Part shown: positions 15,635-20,000 of the stretch, piece after piece
Layout: every line of letters begins with the position of its first letter
How positions within the stretch are numbered: the first letter of the stretch is position 1
IMG/VR virus record: IMGVR_UViG_3300042477_000341
Source: an uncultured virus (IMG/VR IMGVR_UViG_3300042477_000341)
Taxonomy: Duplodnaviria; Heunggongvirae; Uroviricota; Caudoviricetes
Direction: 5' to 3' (one strand)
Length of the DNA stretch: 20,000 nucleotides
Position numbers and translations under genes: made by a program
Notes under the pieces: model-generated
The model's database searches: none
What the model was told of the DNA's origin: nothing
Seen by the model: the letters and a program-made list of their open reading frames with translations, nothing else

Positions 15635-17577
15635 TATATCCTCCTTGTCATGGCTGCTGCCACTATATTTCCTGCAATAATTACTGGCACTACAACCTCT
15701 TGTGCTTTTTCTCTTTGATCATCCGTCATATCTTTACCCCATTCTGATGGGCTAAATAATTTCTCAAAATCAATATCCGTAATAGCTCCAATTGGGTCTG
15801 ATAAAAATGCTTCTGTGGCAACCTCTGTTGTTGCATCTGCTAATGTATATGGCATTGGAGCACTAGCGTTTTCTTTAATTCTATCACCGAATTCTTCTAG
15901 AGCTGTTGCTAAATTTTTATCAGTAGCAGCTAATGCTGCCACCTTTGCTATTTCTGATGCTCTAATTCCAAGTCCTTCCGCAACAGCCGCTTTTTGTTCT
16001 GGAGTTAATTTAGTTAATGTATCTTTGCTTGTTAAATCTGCAATTAGGTTTGCTGTCTCTTCTGTGATAGTATTGGTAGATGGTTCTTCAGAAGGTTCAG
16101 CAGGAGTTGGCTCTGGTTCAGGAGTTGGCTCTTGATCTATATCCGATGGCTGAGGTGAAGGCTCTGGTGAAGGCTCATCAGTGGGCTCTGTCTCAGGAGT
16201 TGGATCTGGTGTCGGTTCATCTGTGGTTTCAGAATCTGGAGTTGGAGTGGAATCGTCTGGTTCAGTTTGTTCAGGTGATGGCTCAGGAGAAGGTTCAGGC
16301 GTAGGATCAGTTGTTGCATCTGGAGTTGGCTGCGGTTGATTTGCCATAGCAGCAGCTATTGCTGCAGCAACTCTTTGTTGTTCTTCAAATTGCCAAGTTT
16401 CATTATATAATTCCCATGCATCATCTATTGCATTATTTAAATTAATAATAGATTGATCATAAGTTGACTGTGTATTATTTTTAGCAGCTAATGCATTTGC
16501 TGTATTTGTTACTGCAGTATTATAGGTATTAGTCTTAGTTGTTAATGTTTGACTGTATGTGGTTAATGTAGAATTTGCTGTATTGTATGTAGCAAGCTTA
16601 GTATTGTAATCTGTCTGTGCCGTCGCCTGTGCAGTTATTGCTGCATTGTATGCATCAATTTGTGATTGCGTTGCACCTACGCCATAAGAAAATGTATTTA
16701 AATTACAACTAAATCCTATACCCCATCCTCCAGTATAAGCACATCCCGCACCAGTCCACCCGCCTGGAATTGACCAGCCAAGGTGATACGAGCCTGGGCC
16801 GCCACCGTTATACCACCATATTTCTACATCTAAAGTTTTATCTTGACTAACATCATAAACTGGTGAGTAAGGACTCCATGTCGATCCTTGTTCTACCCAG
16901 TTATCAACGGCAAGGTTTCCGTCCACATACATCCTAAAACCATCATCTGTATATCCTGCAAAATATACTGAAGTCCAGTCTGAAGGAACTGTAATTTTTC
17001 CAGTAAACTTAACAATGATATCTTCGTAATATCCGCAAACTGGGAGGTTCATTGAATTTGAATTCCATATACCAGTACATATAACAGATCCAGTCACTGC
17101 TTGGCTACCATTTCTTAATAAGGTATAAACAGTATATTCCAGTCCCTGATTACCAGCGGATTGAACAGTAGATTGCGTTGTTTGTAGATTTATGTTTGCT
17201 ATATCTAATACATCTTGAGCATCGTTTTTATCTTCTAAGGCTGTAGCAACTGTTACCGTTTGCCCATCTACTGCTGATTGAGCTGTTGTTTTTTCAGACA
17301 ATGCTGTTGTTTCTGCTTCTACCGCCTCATTATATGCAGCATATGCGCTATCCCTAGCAGATTTTGATGCTACTGCTGCATCGTATTTGTCTTCTGCTAT
17401 ATCTATTAAGGCTCTAGTATCTGCCTCTTCTGTAAGATTTGTTACCTTTTCGTTTAGTTCTGCTATCTCTTCAGCGGCAACTGAAAGTGGATCATCGCTA
17501 TAAGCAGGTGTGAGAAATAGCCATCCAAACATTAAAATGAATGCTAATGATAATCTCCATGCTTTAGTCCTAGTCAA
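15634..17577 (-). CDS. Secreted or membrane-tethered PA14-domain protein with coiled coils and Pro/Glu/Thr linker
   Basis: Signal peptide; PA14 motifs FTGKI, TDDGFRMYVDG, WYNGGG; PEPSPEP repeats; hydrophobic C-terminus; TTG start with AGGAG SD. Confidence 0.8.
   Translation of the reverse strand: MTRTKAWRLSLAFILMFGWLFLTPAYSDDPLSVAAEEIAELNEKVTNLTEEADTRALIDIAEDKYDAAVASKSARDSAYAAYNEAVEAETTALSEKTTAQSAVDGQTVTVATALEDKNDAQDVLDIANINLQTTQSTVQSAGNQGLEYTVYTLLRNGSQAVTGSVICTGIWNSNSMNLPVCGYYEDIIVKFTGKITVPSDWTSVYFAGYTDDGFRMYVDGNLAVDNWVEQGSTWSPYSPVYDVSQDKTLDVEIWWYNGGGPGSYHLGWSIPGGWTGAGCAYTGGWGIGFSCNLNTFSYGVGATQSQIDAYNAAITAQATAQTDYNTKLATYNTANSTLTTYSQTLTTKTNTYNTAVTNTANALAAKNNTQSTYDQSIINLNNAIDDAWELYNETWQFEEQQRVAAAIAAAMANQPQPTPDATTDPTPEPSPEPSPEQTEPDDSTPTPDSETTDEPTPDPTPETEPTDEPSPEPSPQPSDIDQEPTPEPEPTPAEPSEEPSTNTITEETANLIADLTSKDTLTKLTPEQKAAVAEGLGIRASEIAKVAALAATDKNLATALEEFGDRIKENASAPMPYTLADATTEVATEAFLSDPIGAITDIDFEKLFSPSEWGKDMTDDQREKAQEVVVPVIIAGNIVAAAMTRRI
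16080..16335 (-). repeat. Low-complexity Pro/Glu/Thr/Ser coding repeats (PEPS/PTPD)
   Basis: Repeated PTPEPSPEPSP-type units in the translation. Confidence 0.75.
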
Positions 17578-17628
17578 CTATAACTCCTAAACAAACACTA
17601 TGTCTGCTTAGTTAATTATATCATTGAA

Positions 17629-17817
17629 CTATTTAGGATTGTCTGTTTTATAAAACCCGTTACCTTTAAACTGTATGCCGAACGGTGTAAAGTGTCTTGT
17701 CATATTTGCTTCACACTCTACGCATGTGTATCCTGGATCATTATCATTAATAGATCTATGTACTGACATTGTTGGATGTGCATCATCGTATGAACATTTG
17801 TATTCGTATACTGGCAT
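17629..17817 (-). CDS. FmdB-family zinc-ribbon protein
   Basis: MPVYEYKC...CVEC...FKGNGFYKTD. Confidence 0.9.
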   Translation of the reverse strand: MPVYEYKCSYDDAHPTMSVHRSINDNDPGYTCVECEANMTRHFTPFGIQFKGNGFYKTDNPK

Positions 17818-17836
17818 TTTTATCCTTTAATTATAA

Positions 17837-17917
17837 TGAGCAGTTTCGGGACATACTCAGGTCCATCCTGCGGGTAACGGCCCGCTATCTGCGACTTCCC
17901 AGTGACGGGGTGCAGAT
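17837..17917 (-). ncRNA. Candidate structured RNA (two hairpins plus H-type pseudoknot) in the FmdB-gene leader
   Basis: ATCTGC/GCAGAT stem; GCGGG/CCCGC hairpin; GGAC/GTCC stem whose loop TGAGTA pairs with downstream TGCTCA; TATAAT at 17922-17927. Confidence 0.65.
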
Positions 17918-17929
17918 TTCTATTATACC

Positions 17930-18346
17930 TTACTTGATTTTAATTGCTTTAGGCTTTTTTTCTTCTGGAACAATGCGATCAACATTAATATGTAGCATGC
18001 CGTCCTTTAGCTCTGCACCAGATACTTCCATGTATTCACCTAGAGCAAAAGATCTGACGAACTTTCTACCAGCAATACCCTTGTGAACAATTTCTGCATC
18101 TGTAACCTCTACAATTTCACCCTTAATGATAAGCGTTCCATCTTCTACTGAAACACTGACATCTTCCTTGGTAAATCCTGCAATAGCAAGCGATAACCTA
18201 TATGTATCTTCATCTAATTTAAGAAGATCATATGGAGGATATGATTGAGAGTTGATTTTGTGTGCACTATTTAGACGGGCTAGGTCCCTGTTAAAGCCAA
18301 TAAAAAAAGGATCATTAAATAGATCCATTGCGAATTGTGTTACCAT
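17930..18346 (-). CDS. Small heat-shock protein Hsp20 (IbpA-like)
   Basis: SYPPYD, LAIAGF, HKGIAGRKFVRSF, AELKDGML, PEEKKPKAIKI. Confidence 0.95.
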   Translation of the reverse strand: MVTQFAMDLFNDPFFIGFNRDLARLNSAHKINSQSYPPYDLLKLDEDTYRLSLAIAGFTKEDVSVSVEDGTLIIKGEIVEVTDAEIVHKGIAGRKFVRSFALGEYMEVSGAELKDGMLHINVDRIVPEEKKPKAIKIK

Positions 18347-18347
18347 G

Positions 18348-18417
18348 TTATTCCCCTTTCAAGCGAATAAATTAATATACGGACCCTCTATTGAGCAGTC
18401 CGTATACTATTATAGCA
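18348..18417 (-). promoter_or_regulatory. Extended -10 promoter plus two-hairpin 5' UTR occluding the hsp20 SD
   Basis: TGC-TATAAT 18409-18417; stem TATACGGAC/GTCCGTATA; TTATTC-GCTTGAAAGGG-GAATAA then C-ATG. Confidence 0.6.
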
Positions 18418-18434
18418 AAATATTTATATCTTGT

Positions 18435-18839
18435 CTATTTCTTCTTAGCCCTTACTTTAGCAAGTGCTTCAAAGTCCTTTACCTTGGTATCCCCTAGGTA
18501 TCCCCAAGCATATCCATCGGCAATCATTTGTTCATTGACTGATACTTTAGATCCGTCTAGGAATAACCACCCAAGAATACGCCCGTATTTTTCTGATGAG
18601 TCCATTTTTTCTGTTTTAATAACAACAGTCTTAGATGCATCAATTGCTTTCTTTAAATACTCTTTAGATTCAAGGCCAAGCGCTTTTTCCATTTTGTCTG
18701 TGGTACGGCTTTCAGGAGTATCTATTCCCGCTAACCTAACTCGTGAGCTAAATGAGATATCAAATCCAAGATCAATATCTACATCGATGGTATCTCCGTC
18801 TACAACCTTTGTAACCTTTTTAACGTAGTACTCAAACAT
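18435..18839 (-). CDS. Thermonuclease (SNase-like)
   Basis: VVDGDTI, RVRLAGIDTPE, EKYGRIL, VNEQMIADGYA. Confidence 0.92.
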   Translation of the reverse strand: MFEYYVKKVTKVVDGDTIDVDIDLGFDISFSSRVRLAGIDTPESRTTDKMEKALGLESKEYLKKAIDASKTVVIKTEKMDSSEKYGRILGWLFLDGSKVSVNEQMIADGYAWGYLGDTKVKDFEALAKVRAKKK

Positions 18840-19036
18840 TACTTAGCCTTCTTAGTTGGCGCTTTCTTAGCCACCTTCTTGACTGGTGCCTTTTTAGCTG
18901 TCTTTTTTGCAGGAGCCTTCTTGGCTACCTTCTTTGCTGGAGCTTTCTTGGCTGGTGCTAAAATCTCATCTATGTTTACAGAATAGACATCTTCTTTAAC
19001 TCCAAAAAAATCCTTAAGCTTTTTTAAAACGTTCAT
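18839..19036 (-). CDS. Histone H1-like Lys/Ala-rich protein
   Basis: Repeated KKAPAKK/KKVAKK units; SD AAGGAG. Confidence 0.75.
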   Translation of the reverse strand: MNVLKKLKDFFGVKEDVYSVNIDEILAPAKKAPAKKVAKKAPAKKTAKKAPVKKVAKKAPTKKAK

Positions 19037-19091
19037 CTTGTTCTCCTTATTTTTTGTACTGCTTATGATTAGTATAGCATTTTTTTATTTG

Positions 19092-19162
19092 AGCGGATGA
19101 TGAGAATCGAACTCACCCCTTCTGCTTGGAAGGCAGAGGCACTACCAATATGCAACATCCGC
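19092..19162 (-). tRNA. tRNA-Gly(TCC)
   Basis: Acceptor GCGGATG/CATCCGC, anticodon arm TCTGC-CTTCCAA-GCAGA, discriminator U. Confidence 0.93.
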
Positions 19163-19166
19163 ATTG

Positions 19167-19239
19167 TGCCCTCGGCAGGAATCGAACCTGCGACGCAGAC
19201 CTTAGAAGAGTCTCGCTCTATCCCCTGAGCTACGAAGGC
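19167..19239 (-). tRNA. tRNA-Arg(TCT)
   Basis: Acceptor GCCTTCG/CGAGGGC, anticodon arm AGACT-CTTCTAA-GGTCT, T-loop TTCGATT. Confidence 0.93.
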
Positions 19240-19244
19240 ATAGA

Positions 19245-19565
19245 CTAATCATTTGGAATATCTCGATCCAGATCCATTTCAATCAATCCCATTTCTTTTG
19301 CAAGCTTTTGGCCTTCTGGGCTTAAGCTAATAATTGCTTCTAAATCTTCATTGTACTCAATATGGGCAAGACCTTTTTCATACAAATCCATTAAAGACTT
19401 ATCTACATATTCTATATGTGATTGCCAAAGCTCTGGAGCCAACTCTTTTGCACTATCACTAATTGAATAAATTATTTCTCCGCTTTCATCAACACCTTCA
19501 AAACTTACGGCACCTATTTCTAAGTAGTATGCAAGCCTTGCATCATTTGCTTCGTCTTCTGTCAT
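19245..19565 (-). CDS. Acidic hypothetical protein inside the tRNA cluster
   Basis: ORF with SD GGAG; C-terminal LYEKGL...LSPEG is winged-helix-like. Confidence 0.7.
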   Translation of the reverse strand: MTEDEANDARLAYYLEIGAVSFEGVDESGEIIYSISDSAKELAPELWQSHIEYVDKSLMDLYEKGLAHIEYNEDLEAIISLSPEGQKLAKEMGLIEMDLDRDIPND

Positions 19566-19577
19566 ATTGTCTCCCTG

Positions 19578-19651
19578 TGCAACAAGTAGGACTTGAACCT
19601 ACGATTACCGAATTATGAGTTCGGGGCTTTAACCAACTAAGCTATTGTTGC
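19578..19651 (-). tRNA. tRNA with CAT anticodon (elongator Met or Ile2)
   Basis: Acceptor GCAACAA/TTGTTGC, anticodon arm CCGAA-CTCATAA-TTCGG; 1-72 paired and no 3 G-C run, so not an initiator. Confidence 0.88.
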
Positions 19652-19661
19652 CTAGTTGTCT

Positions 19662-19691
19662 ATTATAACGTGCCGTCTTCATTTTTGTCAA
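19662..19691 (-). promoter_or_regulatory. SigA promoter for the tRNA cluster
   Basis: TTGACA-18nt-TATAAT about 10 nt upstream of the tRNA(CAT). Confidence 0.7.
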
Positions 19692-19911
19692 TAGTTTCTT
19701 CTACTATTTGCTGAACATAATCTGAAAAATGTTTTCTTATGTTACCCATTGGCCTGTGGCCAGCGAGTTTCCATATTCTTTTATATTCGATTACATTAGA
19801 AAATGTAGTCGGGCAAAGAACTATTCCATTATATTCTTTTAATACAGTGGGTAGTGGTACGTGTTTTCCACAGCACTTACATTCTTTTGCTTTTTCTTGA
19901 TACGTGCTCAT
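19663..19911 (-). CDS. Hypothetical Cys-containing protein
   Basis: CKCC...LCP; ATGA coupling. Confidence 0.7.
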   Translation of the reverse strand: MSTYQEKAKECKCCGKHVPLPTVLKEYNGIVLCPTTFSNVIEYKRIWKLAGHRPMGNIRKHFSDYVQQIVEETIDKNEDGTL

Positions 19912-20000
19912 ATTATTTGCATCCTGTCCATTGCGTCTTTTAAATTTTCTGGCATTCTCGGAGCCCTAATCATATTATAAGAATTTGTTTCTCCGTCTGC
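19908..20000 (-). CDS. 3' end of a gene entering from beyond the window
   Basis: Open frame ...ADGETNSYNMIRAPRMPENLKDAMDRMQII-stop overlapping the next ATG. Confidence 0.55.
   Translation of the reverse strand, partial: ADGETNSYNMIRAPRMPENLKDAMDRMQII

Noticed and set aside
16080..16335. CRISPR-like or non-coding repeat array
   Set aside because: Degenerate in-frame coding repeats with no constant repeat-spacer period; same for 18845-18960
17837..17870. Hammerhead ribozyme (CTGA...GAAA look-alike)
   Set aside because: Core reads CTGAGTA rather than CTGANGA and the three-stem junction cannot be built; the pseudoknot model fits better
1210..18828. All plus-strand ORFs in the track (e.g. 1210-1557, 4877-5233, 6721-7062, 15815-16135, 18391-18828)
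   Set aside because: They are antisense shadows of well-supported minus-strand genes, with no motifs, SD or promoters
1..20000. Stop-codon reassignment, integrase/att site or mobile element
   Set aside because: TAA, TAG and TGA all terminate full-length genes, there is no suppressor tRNA, and no recombinase, transposase or duplicated tRNA end is visible

Overview
AT-rich, densely packed segment in which every credible gene lies on the minus strand. It is most consistent with a large tailed phage infecting Actinobacteria, possibly a low-GC freshwater lineage (inference). Supporting features: a WhiB regulator, a proteasome-beta/HslV-like protease, a CHAP endolysin with adjacent membrane and lipoprotein genes, Hsp20, thioredoxin, a thermonuclease, four CCA-less tRNAs and many leaderless sigma-A promoters. 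Highlights: (i) a contiguous enzymatic tailoring cluster (flavin-dependent Trp-halogenase-like enzyme, DUF2061, APS-kinase/HxGH nucleotidyltransferase fusion, sulfotransferase, 2OG-Fe(II) oxygenase) downstream of a run of translationally coupled 29-66 aa microproteins, most missing from the ORF track; (ii) a promoter-driven GC-rich structured RNA with an H-type pseudoknot in front of an FmdB-family gene; (iii) an SD-sequestering hairpin in front of hsp20; (iv) a stand-alone TipAS-like protein; (v) secreted surface proteins. All family calls come from motif recognition by eye; no database search was run.
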